This document shows, piece after piece, positions 38,235 to 47,013 of a stretch of 64,000 bases of DNA. A program made the translations under genes and the position numbers. Every line of letters begins with the position of its first letter. The stretch's first letter is position 1. The notes below the pieces were generated by a model. It was given only the letters and a program-made list of their open reading frames with translations. It searched no databases and was not told where the DNA came from. Source of the stretch: Chloroflexota bacterium. Its GTDB lineage: Bacteria; Chloroflexota; UBA11872; UBA12225. The stretch is from NCBI GenBank assembly GCA_034437795.1, contig DAOTTI010000189.1:16479-80478 (forward strand), written 5' to 3'.

Positions 38235-38260
38235 GCGAAACCTTTGCGCAAACCTTTCGC
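38235..38260. promoter_or_regulatory. Candidate operator in the LacI / SBP divergent intergenic region: gcgAAACCtttgcgcAAACCtttcgc, containing the 10-bp palindrome TTTGCGCAAA.
   Basis: Direct reading. Positioned 40 nt upstream of the LacI start and 45 nt upstream of the SBP start. Confidence 0.35.
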
Positions 38261-38295
38261 TCGCCGTACCATAAGCGCCTTGAAGGAGCGACACT

Positions 38296-39699
38296 GTGGG
38301 ATCGACGCCTCGTCTCGGGTCCGCCGCTACCCGCCGGCATCTGCTGCTGGGTGCCGGTGCCGGTGCGGCCACGGCGGCCATGACCGCCTGCGCCATCGGT
38401 CGCAGCGACGCCGGCGACCTCGCGCCCAAGGCCGAGGTCAAGCGGGGCACGACGCTGCAATGGATGTACTGGTCGACGCCGGGCCCGTGGCTGGAGGCCA
38501 ACCAGCAGGAGGCCGCCGAGTTCGAGAAGAAGCACGCCGGCCTCGGCCTCAAGATCGAGCAGCTGAACGTGCCGTCCGGCCAGCCCTTCCTCGACAAGCT
38601 CACCTCGCTCGTCGCCGCGGGCACGCCACCAGACGTGGCCGAGATCATGCCCTGGGACGTTCCGCAGTTCCAGGCGAAGAAGACCTTGCTCAACCTCTCC
38701 CCATACCTCAAACGGGACAAGTACGACCTCTCCGACTTCTTCGCCGCCGGCTTCGATCAGTACCGCTGGACGGCGGACGGCAAGCCGGGCGGCGCCATCG
38801 GGGCCGATCTGTGGGGCGTCCCGCGCGACTTCCCCACACGTGCGCTGGGCTACAACACCGACCTTTTCCAGGCCGCCGGCGTCAAGCTGCCCGCCGCCGG
38901 CTGGAACGACGCCGCCTGGACCCCGCAGGCGTTCCTCGACGCCGCGCTGCGCCTCACCCGGCGCGACGGCAACGGCCCCAATGGCGTCGGCGTCTGGGGC
39001 TGGCATGGCCACGAAGGGCTGCAGGAATGGATGCCGTGGGTCTTCAACCATGGCGGCGACTTCGTCTCGCCCGACGGCCGCGAGAGCCGCTTCGACCATC
39101 CCAAGACCATCGAAGCCTTCCAGTTCCTCGCCGACCTGCAGCACAAGCACAAGGTGGCGCCCACCCCGCAGCAGCGTCCGGCGGAGGGGGCGATGGACCA
39201 GGCCTTCTTCCACGGCCGGCTCGCGATGCACCACTTCGGTCCGGCCCAACTCGGCCGGTATCGCCAGAACACCCAGGGCTTCACCTTTGACGTCGCCGTC
39301 TGGCCGCACACCGTGGTGCCCGGCACTGCCGTCGGCTCGGGGTCCGGCTGGCTGGTGCTCGCCGGCACGCGCGACCCCGAGGCCTCCTGGCTGCTGATCC
39401 AGCACCTGCTCAGCCCCGAGACGCAGCGGACCGATGCCGAGGCCGGCAGCGGCGTGCCGGTGCGCAGGTCCATCATGGAACAGGTCTTCATCCGCCAGCC
39501 CGCACCGCCCAAGAACGTGCGGGTGTTCATGGATAATGCGCAGGTGGCGCGCCTTGTGCCCCAGGTGCCCAACTGGACGCCGATGATGGAGGTGGTCACC
39601 CGCGAGTTGCCCGCGCTCTGGCGGGGCGAGAAGACCGCGCGCGAGGTCTGCAGCGAGATCAAACGCCAGGTCGATCCCATCCTGAAGCAGTCCCTCTAA
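38296..39699 (+). CDS. ABC transporter substrate-binding protein (family 1).
   Basis: 467 aa. Tat/lipoprotein N-terminus (RRHLLLGAGAGAATAAMTAC). Confidence 0.85.
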   Translation: MGSTPRLGSAATRRHLLLGAGAGAATAAMTACAIGRSDAGDLAPKAEVKRGTTLQWMYWSTPGPWLEANQQEAAEFEKKHAGLGLKIEQLNVPSGQPFLDKLTSLVAAGTPPDVAEIMPWDVPQFQAKKTLLNLSPYLKRDKYDLSDFFAAGFDQYRWTADGKPGGAIGADLWGVPRDFPTRALGYNTDLFQAAGVKLPAAGWNDAAWTPQAFLDAALRLTRRDGNGPNGVGVWGWHGHEGLQEWMPWVFNHGGDFVSPDGRESRFDHPKTIEAFQFLADLQHKHKVAPTPQQRPAEGAMDQAFFHGRLAMHHFGPAQLGRYRQNTQGFTFDVAVWPHTVVPGTAVGSGSGWLVLAGTRDPEASWLLIQHLLSPETQRTDAEAGSGVPVRRSIMEQVFIRQPAPPKNVRVFMDNAQVARLVPQVPNWTPMMEVVTRELPALWRGEKTAREVCSEIKRQVDPILKQSL

Positions 39700-39877
39700 A
39701 CCCAGTGGAAAGTGACACGTTCTACGTTCACAGCAGGGAAGCCCGCACGTTCTCCCTCGGCTTCGGTTGAGGCGCTGCCGGGCTCCTGGTTCCTCGTTCC
39801 TCGTTCTTCGTTCGTCGTTGGCAGCTGGCCTGGCGGCGACGACAAACTACTTGACGGCCTGTGTTGAGATCACCGCG

Positions 39878-41332
39878 ATGACCGCACCTCGGCCCAACAT
39901 CCTGGTCCTCATGACGGATACGCTCCGCCCGGATTACGTGCCCGGCTACCGCCGCCCCTCGGACACCGAGGGCCTGCCGGGTACACTCATCTCGCGCCTC
40001 GGACTCGGCGCCCGCACCCCTGTGATGGACGCGTTTGCCGCCGAGTCGGCCGTCTTCGAGCGCGCCTACGCCGCCTCGTTCCCCACCGTGCCTAATCGGA
40101 ACGATCTACACACCGGCCGCTTCACCTTCCCCCACCGCGGCTGGTCCCCCCTGCCCTCTGACTTGCCGTGTCTGGCCGAGGCGATGAATCGCGCCGGCTA
40201 CGCGACCCAGTTCTTTTGTGATACGCCAAACCAGGTCCCCATGGGCCTCCACCGCGGCTTCCAGGGCTGGGAGTGGCACCGCGGCCAGGAGGGCGACCGC
40301 GCACGGAACGACCCGCGCATCAAGGTCGACGATCTTGGCTGCGCCCCCGAGAAGCTGCGTGGCAACGGCGCCGCCTATCGCCAGCATCTGCGCAACCGTG
40401 CCTACTGGCAGGGTGAGGAAGACCACTACGCGCCGCGCACCATCCGCTCCGGCATCACCTGGCTCCAGCAACACTGGGAGGGCGACCGGCAGCGGCCGTT
40501 CTTCTTGTGGCTGGACACATTTGATCCGCACGAGCCGTGGGACGCGCCACCCTACTACACCGAGTGGTACGATCCGGGCTACGACGGGGAGGTGCTGGCT
40601 CACGCCAACTACGGCCGCGCCGACTACATGACCGAGCGTGAGCGCCAGCACGTCAAGGCGCTCTACGCCGCCGAGATCTCGATGGTCGACAAATGGTTCG
40701 GCCGCCTGCTCCAACAGCTCGACGACCTTGGCTACCGTGAGAACACCGCCGTCTTCCACCTCTCCGACCACGGCCACTACTTCGGTGACCACGGCCTCCA
40801 GGGCAAGCCCTTCCGCGAGCTCCTCTGGTTCTACGAGGGGCTGATCCGCATCGCCCTGACCGTCCGCCTCCCCGACGGGCGAGGCGCCGGGCGCCGGGTG
40901 CCGTCGCTGGCCCAGCCGCCCGACGTGACGGCCACCATCCTGGCCCTGGCCCAGGCAGAACTCCCTGGGGTACAGGGGCGCTCGCTGCTGCCGACGATCG
41001 ATGGTGGCGAGGCGCCCCGCGAGCTAGCCTTCACCAGTCGCTACCCCATCCTGGCTGGGGAGGTGACGCCCTGCGCCATCACCACTCTCGAATGGAGCTA
41101 CCAGTACTGGCCGGGGGCACCAGAAAAGGAGCGCCTCTATCACCTGGCCAGCGATCCGGGCCAGGAGCAAGACCTGCGCGCCACGCAGCCGGAGGTGGCC
41201 CGCGAGCTGCGCGCCGCCTACCTGGGGTGGTTGCGCGAGCAGCACGCGGCGATGGCGACATGGCTACAGGCCATCGAGCGCGACCCGTCATACCGGCCGG
41301 ACCCAGGGCAGCTATTCCGCGGCATGCTCTAG
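39878..41332 (+). CDS. Sulfatase-family (alkaline phosphatase superfamily) hydrolase with Thr in place of the formylglycine-forming Cys (TVPNR where CxPSR is expected).
   Basis: NILVLMTDTLRPDY metal-site N-terminus. The signature aligns as SFPTVPNRNDLHTGR against the canonical SPVCSPSRAALLTGR. Confidence 0.75.
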   Translation: MTAPRPNILVLMTDTLRPDYVPGYRRPSDTEGLPGTLISRLGLGARTPVMDAFAAESAVFERAYAASFPTVPNRNDLHTGRFTFPHRGWSPLPSDLPCLAEAMNRAGYATQFFCDTPNQVPMGLHRGFQGWEWHRGQEGDRARNDPRIKVDDLGCAPEKLRGNGAAYRQHLRNRAYWQGEEDHYAPRTIRSGITWLQQHWEGDRQRPFFLWLDTFDPHEPWDAPPYYTEWYDPGYDGEVLAHANYGRADYMTERERQHVKALYAAEISMVDKWFGRLLQQLDDLGYRENTAVFHLSDHGHYFGDHGLQGKPFRELLWFYEGLIRIALTVRLPDGRGAGRRVPSLAQPPDVTATILALAQAELPGVQGRSLLPTIDGGEAPRELAFTSRYPILAGEVTPCAITTLEWSYQYWPGAPEKERLYHLASDPGQEQDLRATQPEVARELRAAYLGWLREQHAAMATWLQAIERDPSYRPDPGQLFRGML

Positions 41333-41585
41333 CCGGGACCCTTCATCGTCCCTCATCGTCATTCATTCATTGGCGGCGATCAATTCCCTCTTCCACTGGG
41401 AGCGGGGAAGGGTGAGGGCTCGGTCCGTAACGGATCCAGCCATGCTCTTCCGGAGCACCGGCCTCGCAGGGAAAGAGTGACCATTGCCACAGGGATCCGG
41501 CCCAGCCCGCCGTGCACCACCAGCGCGCCTCAGCACGCCGGAGCCCACCATTGCGCTACCGGCACCCCATGCACCGGCAGGGAAA

Positions 41586-41623
41586 TCCCTCGTCGATGCC
41601 GCTTCCGGCGCGTCGACGAGGGA
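41586..41623 (+). terminator. Perfect 11-bp stem hairpin (tccctcgtcga...tcgacgaggga) downstream of the sulfatase-like gene.
   Basis: Direct reading. No U-tract. Confidence 0.3.
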
Positions 41624-41785
41624 CGTTGGCTCTAGAGCACAGTCTGCCGCGGCCCACCAGTGCGCCACCAGCACGCCCAGTCTGCCACGGCGTGCGCAGC
41701 GTGCCTGGTGCGCCAGTTCCCTTCAGTCTGCCGGATCCCGGAGGGCGCCACCGACGCGCCGCCACGGGTGGCATCCGACATGTAC

Positions 41786-41802
41786 AGATGGTATACCATC
41801 GA
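41786..41802. promoter_or_regulatory. Palindromic motif GATGGTATACCATCGAC (copy 1 of 5), upstream of the 42036 SBP gene.
   Basis: Core ATGGTATACCAT is a perfect 12-bp palindrome. Related copies at 49480-49496, 49701-49716, 55789-55805 and 61707-61723. Confidence 0.5.
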
Positions 41803-42035
41803 CGGTTCGACCGACCGCTCGCGCGGGTTCTTGCAGCGCAGTCCTCACCCTCTTCCCAGAGAGGGGATCCTGCACCCCCGGAGCATCAGCGCCACGGGAA
41901 AGTGGCTTGCCATATCAGGAACCCGGGCTGGTGGAACAGCACACTACTCCCCGCAGCTGAGGTAGGCCGGCGATGGAAGTAAGCAAGGCAATGCCGACAA
42001 TGGAAGCAATGGTCGCGACGCCATCGCAAGGCGTC

Positions 42036-43394
42036 ATGGCGCGTACTTCACGGCCGACGCGCCGTGCGGCCCTGGCCACCTTGATGGGCGCAGGCACGGC
42101 CGGCGCCGCAACCGCCATGAGCGCCTGCGCCGGGCCGGGGGCGCCCCCGCCGGGCGCCTCACGGGCCGCCAGGCCGGCGACCATCGAGGTCCTGCACGAG
42201 TTCGGGCCGAACAGCTCGGACGGGCGATGGATGGGCGAGCTACTGGAGCGCATCCGCCAGCTGGCGCCCCACCTCACAGTGAAGTCGACGGTTACCTCCG
42301 GCTCATCGTGGGACGTGCTGCAGACGATGCTGGCGGCCGGGACGGCGCCGGACGTGTCCGAGACCTATGTCGCCAACGGGGCCAGCCTAGGCGCCAAGAA
42401 GATTGCCGAACCCCTGCAGACTGCCCTCAAGTCGGCCAGGGACTGGAGCCCGAGCGACTACTTCGACGGCCCGCGCGAGGCCTTCACCTACCGCGGGGAC
42501 TTCGTCCTGGCACCGATGTTTACCGCCCCGATGGCGGTGGCGGTGAACCAGGATATGCTCAGCCGCGCTGGCCTGGCGCTGCCGTCGCCGGCCTGGACCT
42601 GGGAGACGTTCACCGATTACGCCGTGAAGCTGACCAGGCAAACCGGCGGCCAGGTGGAGGTCTACGGCGCGGCCATGCCGACCACCAACGGGTTTGGCGC
42701 GATGAACTTCTTCGGCGGCCCCCTGTGGAGCCACGGCGGCGACTGGGCCGATCGTGAGCGAGGCGTGGTCACCTTCCACCGGCCGGAAGGGGTGGCCGCG
42801 CTGGAGATGTGGGTCAGCATCGCCCTGAAGCGCCAGGCCGCTCCCACGAGCCAGCCAGCGAACTGGCAGGGCCTGTCCGGCACGCCGTTCTCGAACGGGC
42901 TGGCCGCGATGGCCTTCATCGCCAGCCCGGCCGTAAGCAATTACCTGCGGCAAGTGACGTCCTTCCCCTGGGCGACGGTACAGATGCCGCGCCAGAAGCA
43001 GCAGGGTTCCCATTTCTACGCCCATGGCTTCTTTGCCCTGCGTGCCGCCAGAGAAAAGGAGGCGGCCGTCGAGTTTGTGCGCCTGGCCAGCCTGCCCGAG
43101 CACGTCGCCCACTGGAATATCGCGTCCTTTGGCATGCCGACGCGCAAATCGGCGGCGGCGCGGAAGGAATGGCAGGACCACTTGCGCACCCAGCCCCACC
43201 TGGCTGCCTTCAACGAAAGCCTGAAATACATGCGGGGCTACCCGCCCCTGCCCGGCTGGAACGAGGCGTCCGTGGGGCCGGAAGGGATCGGCCAGGCCCT
43301 GATCGACGCCGTCCAGGGCAAGGCGGCGCCCCGCACCGCACTCGAGGAAGCGGCGCGGCGCGCCGATGCCCTTCTCGCGCAGCAGCCCAGGTAA
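42036..43394 (+). CDS. ABC transporter substrate-binding protein (family 1), Tat-like signal.
   Basis: MARTSRPTRRAALATLMGAG start, MalE-like. Confidence 0.85.
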   Translation: MARTSRPTRRAALATLMGAGTAGAATAMSACAGPGAPPPGASRAARPATIEVLHEFGPNSSDGRWMGELLERIRQLAPHLTVKSTVTSGSSWDVLQTMLAAGTAPDVSETYVANGASLGAKKIAEPLQTALKSARDWSPSDYFDGPREAFTYRGDFVLAPMFTAPMAVAVNQDMLSRAGLALPSPAWTWETFTDYAVKLTRQTGGQVEVYGAAMPTTNGFGAMNFFGGPLWSHGGDWADRERGVVTFHRPEGVAALEMWVSIALKRQAAPTSQPANWQGLSGTPFSNGLAAMAFIASPAVSNYLRQVTSFPWATVQMPRQKQQGSHFYAHGFFALRAAREKEAAVEFVRLASLPEHVAHWNIASFGMPTRKSAAARKEWQDHLRTQPHLAAFNESLKYMRGYPPLPGWNEASVGPEGIGQALIDAVQGKAAPRTALEEAARRADALLAQQPR

Positions 43395-43664
43395 GCCAGG
43401 AGAGGTGGAGCGGTGAGGGCCAGCCGACAGGCGCTGCCTGGCCGCAGCCTAATCACGGTCAACCAGATCAGCCGGGAGCAGATGAGCCAGGAGCAGCCGC
43501 TGCCGGTTCACGATCCACCAGATCTGCCAGCAGAACAGGGGGTGGCGCGGCGCCGCGACGCGAACGCCGCGGCGTTATATCCGGCGCTGCCTGGCCAGAC
43601 AACTGGCGCGGATGAACCAGCAGACGAGGACCAGCAGAAGACCAGCGGAAAGGACTGATAGAGG

Positions 43665-44705
43665 ATGCCCCGTAGTGATGGCGACCGCGTGCCCACCATT
43701 GACCAGTTCACCGGCGCGCTGCTTGGCCTGGCCATCGGCGACGCCCTGGGCCGGCCGACGGAGGGCCAGCGCCATGATGAGATCCGCGCCCAGCCCCGCG
43801 AGGCGCTGCTGACCTTCCGCGCCTATCGCGACGGCCGGCTGGGCCGGATCCTGCCGCCCGGCTCCTGGAGCGACGACACCCAGCAGGCGCTGCTCCTGGC
43901 GGACTCCCTGGTCGCCGGCCGCGGGCTGGACGCCCAGGACTTTGCCGACCGCATGTACGCCCTGTGGCGGTCCGGCGCGGCCCGTGGCTACGGGCGCGTC
44001 TACCAGCAGGCGATGGCGCGGCGCGATGCCGGCCAGCCCTGGGAGCGCGCGGCCGTCGAAGACGACGTGATGAACGGCGCCGCCATGCGCATCGCTCCCC
44101 TGGGGCTCTTCTACTGGTTCGACCCCGCCGCCCTGGCCGACGCCGCCGCCCGCTCCAGCCGCGTCACGCACCGCCACCCGTCCGCCGTCGCCGGCGCCAT
44201 CGGGGTTGCCCAGGCTTTCGCCTATGCCCTGACGCACACCGAACTCGACCCTGACGCCTTCGTCGCTGCGCTGCGCCGGCAGGTAGCGCCCGTCGATGCG
44301 GGGACGGCCGAGCACCTGGCACTGCTGCCCCGTGCGGTCCCCCTGGACCTGGATGACGCCTTCGCGCTACTCAGCCAGGTACCCGAGTTCGCCTCGCCGC
44401 CGGCTGGGGGGCGTGGCCGGGGCATCGGGGGCATGACCATCAGCCTGCTGCTGGGGGCCACTTATCTCTTCCTGCACACGGGTGGCGACTTCCGGCGGGC
44501 GGTGGAGGGGGCGATCCTGCTCGGCGGGGATACCGATGGCACGGCCGCCACCGCGGGGGCCCTGTGCGGCGCCTGGCGCGGGACGGCCACCCTGCCGGCG
44601 GAGCTGGCCGAGACGGTGGAGGAAGCGGAGCGGATCCGCGTCCTGGCGGTCTTGCTCCAGGAGCGATCGCTCTGGGCCGCGCGGTCATCGCCGGCGCTCG
44701 ACTAG
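43665..44705 (+). CDS. ADP-ribosylglycohydrolase-family protein (second copy).
   Basis: GALLGLAIGDALGRPTEG and LLGGDTDGTAATAGALCGA motifs. Confidence 0.8.
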   Translation: MPRSDGDRVPTIDQFTGALLGLAIGDALGRPTEGQRHDEIRAQPREALLTFRAYRDGRLGRILPPGSWSDDTQQALLLADSLVAGRGLDAQDFADRMYALWRSGAARGYGRVYQQAMARRDAGQPWERAAVEDDVMNGAAMRIAPLGLFYWFDPAALADAAARSSRVTHRHPSAVAGAIGVAQAFAYALTHTELDPDAFVAALRRQVAPVDAGTAEHLALLPRAVPLDLDDAFALLSQVPEFASPPAGGRGRGIGGMTISLLLGATYLFLHTGGDFRRAVEGAILLGGDTDGTAATAGALCGAWRGTATLPAELAETVEEAERIRVLAVLLQERSLWAARSSPALD

Positions 44706-44992
44706 CCTCTCCTCATTTGCAAAGCATGCGGAGCCATCACCCTGCCCTCTCCCAAAGGGAGCGGGGACCCTTCGCTGGCCCTGAAGAGTCGGTTATGCCC
44801 CTGTGGGCCACCAGCGACAGAAAGGCTGGCGATTGCCACCGGAATCAAGGCCAGCCACGGCGGTCGCTCACGGTGCCGGCCGATGACGGCGTCGATCTCC
44901 GGCTCGCACCGCGCTGGAGCGAGGGCCGTGCACAGCTTAGCCAGGAGGCCAAGCCGGGCCCGCTGATCGTCGTAGTCGGGTGTGAGGCCATC

Positions 44993-46987
44993 CTAGACCA
45001 CGCCCGCGACCACCCGCTCCAGCAGGAAGCGGCGCGTGCCGTCGTCAAGACCATAGTCGCGGTAGTTGACGCGCAGGTTATAGAGCACGTGGCGCTCGCG
45101 CCCGCGCTCGAGCTGTGCCCACAATCGCCCAGCCTCGCCTTCTGGCAATGCGCGCGCCACCGGCCGGATGTTGCAGGACGAGCCGGCGGGAACGAAGCCG
45201 CGTGGCGCGCAGAGGTGCTGGTAGAGGCGCATATATTTACCGGTCAGGCGCCAGGGCAGGTCCGACGGCTTGCTGGCCCAGGCAGCCTGCGGCTCCTCGC
45301 CGGCGATCTGGCCTCCCTGGCCAAGGGTAAAGAAGCGCATACCGGCGGCGGTCACCACCTCCGTGCTGAAGACGATCCGTGGCAGCCGGCGCCGCACGGC
45401 GGCGAAGAAACCGGCCTCGTCCCACCGCCAGAGTAGCGAGGCGTCCACGTGCACCGCGTCGATACCGAACTCCTCGACCGTTGGCGCCAGTTGGGCCAGA
45501 TAGGCGTCGTGCCACTGGGGCGAATCGACGTCCATGCCGACAATCGGCGCCGTCCATGCTCCCGTGAATTGCACCGCGTCTGCCACCGCGTACCAGCCGC
45601 CATGCAGGTCGGGTAGCGTACCCTCCTCGCCGCCGGCGTTCGCGGGGCAGCCGAAGCACTCCACCTGAACGACGTTGACCCCCTGCCGGAACAGGAATGG
45701 AAAGGGGAAGCGGTAGCGGTCGTGGTGGCGGAACCACTGCGGGAGCGTAACCAGCGTTCGGCCGTTGAGCGTCAGGCGGATGATCCCATCCCCCACCCAC
45801 GGCAGCCCGCCAAGCGTGAGCACCGCCTGGCACGTCTGCGGCAGGGGCACCGTCTCGAAGCTCCAGCCACCGGCGGCCGGCCGCACGTTGCGGAGGGGCT
45901 CACGCCCCGTGCGGAAGTCGAGCGGGCGTGCGGGAGCGCCGCCCGGCCAGCCGACGTAGGGGCCGCACAGCCGGTCGCGCGGGTGGTGCGGCTGGGCGCG
46001 CACCGCCAGATGAGCCAGCCGGTCGAAGCCGGGCCGGTACGGATCGGCCCCCCAGGCAAGCGTATGCACCATGGCCCGGTAGCCGCCGTCATGCAGCGCG
46101 TCGATCGCCTCACGGAAGCCCGCCCGGCCGCCCAGTTCCGGCGCCGGCACGTAATCCGGATAGCCGCGGTCGTACGGCGCGCACCAGCCGGGCAGGTAGA
46201 ACAGCGCGCCGGGTGGGACCCCCAGCTCCTTGAGCTCCCGCGCCAAGTCTCGGAGGTGAGTGTACGTGTGCGCCACCTCGCCGTGCGGGCGCCATAGATC
46301 GAAGGTGAAGACGATGGGGATCTCCAGCACCCAGGCCGGCACGTCCCCCGCGGCGACCTGCTCTGCCAGCGAGCGCAGGCCGTAGGTCTGGCGTAGCCAG
46401 GCGTGGTGGCTGGCCACGGCCGCATCCATGGTCGGCCAGTATTGCACCGTCAGCGGATCCTCGGCAGCCCACTCGAAGCAGAGCAGGAAGCCGTCTCCCG
46501 TGCGCCGCACGGCCGCCGACGGCCGGCGGGGCGTGACATGCTCCAGCAGCCCGCCGCCGCCACGATCCGTCCCCACAGCCTCCAGCGGCGCTCGCGCAGC
46601 GATCTCCAGCCAGCCATCCGGGCCCAGATCCACGAGTACGAGTGGATAGGCCAGCCAGAGCAGGCCGAAGAAGTTGAGGCCCGCACGGTAGCTCTCTCCC
46701 GCCGGCATGTCACGGTCGATGCGCGTGCCGGCGTTCCAGGAGCACGGCAGGTGGATCACCGCCCGCTCGGGGAGCGGCACGTCCAGGGTGGCGCGGTCAC
46801 GCCCGCGCGGGTCATCGGGCGGCGCCTCGCGCGGCGGCAGTCGCAGGGTGAGGCCGTGCGCCCCTTCCTGCCATGCCGGCGCCTGCGAGGCGCCGCCCCG
46901 CCGCACCCGTGCCCCACGGACGACCTCCCAGATCGCTGCGGACCATGAGCGAACCCCCCGTCGCTCTCCCTTGCCGGCCTCACTCAC
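44993..46987 (-). CDS. Conserved ~660 aa protein of unknown function, possibly a TIM-barrel glycoside-hydrolase-like fold. Paralog of 61883..63765.
   Basis: Collinear similarity with the 61883 gene along the whole length (GGGG box, VFTFD.W.P.GEVAH.YTHLRDLAR.LK.LGVPPG, YLPGW, HTLAWGADP, FGVDAVHVDA.LWRWDE.GFFAA.RRRLP). 27 nt downstream of the sulfatase gene on the same strand. Confidence 0.7.
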   Translation of the reverse strand: MSEAGKGERRGVRSWSAAIWEVVRGARVRRGGASQAPAWQEGAHGLTLRLPPREAPPDDPRGRDRATLDVPLPERAVIHLPCSWNAGTRIDRDMPAGESYRAGLNFFGLLWLAYPLVLVDLGPDGWLEIAARAPLEAVGTDRGGGGLLEHVTPRRPSAAVRRTGDGFLLCFEWAAEDPLTVQYWPTMDAAVASHHAWLRQTYGLRSLAEQVAAGDVPAWVLEIPIVFTFDLWRPHGEVAHTYTHLRDLARELKELGVPPGALFYLPGWCAPYDRGYPDYVPAPELGGRAGFREAIDALHDGGYRAMVHTLAWGADPYRPGFDRLAHLAVRAQPHHPRDRLCGPYVGWPGGAPARPLDFRTGREPLRNVRPAAGGWSFETVPLPQTCQAVLTLGGLPWVGDGIIRLTLNGRTLVTLPQWFRHHDRYRFPFPFLFRQGVNVVQVECFGCPANAGGEEGTLPDLHGGWYAVADAVQFTGAWTAPIVGMDVDSPQWHDAYLAQLAPTVEEFGIDAVHVDASLLWRWDEAGFFAAVRRRLPRIVFSTEVVTAAGMRFFTLGQGGQIAGEEPQAAWASKPSDLPWRLTGKYMRLYQHLCAPRGFVPAGSSCNIRPVARALPEGEAGRLWAQLERGRERHVLYNLRVNYRDYGLDDGTRRFLLERVVAGVV

Positions 46988-47013
46988 GTCTGGCCTACCT
47001 TCTCACTCCTCGC

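Noticed and set aside
38197-39405. Upper part of the 749 aa ORF 37156..39405 (minus strand).
   Set aside because: It is antisense to the 38296-39699 SBP gene. LacI homology starts at ATG 38196 with the HTH.
41795-41805. GGTTCGACC looked like a tRNA T-arm.
   Set aside because: No acceptor or anticodon stems can be built around it. It is part of the palindromic motif context.
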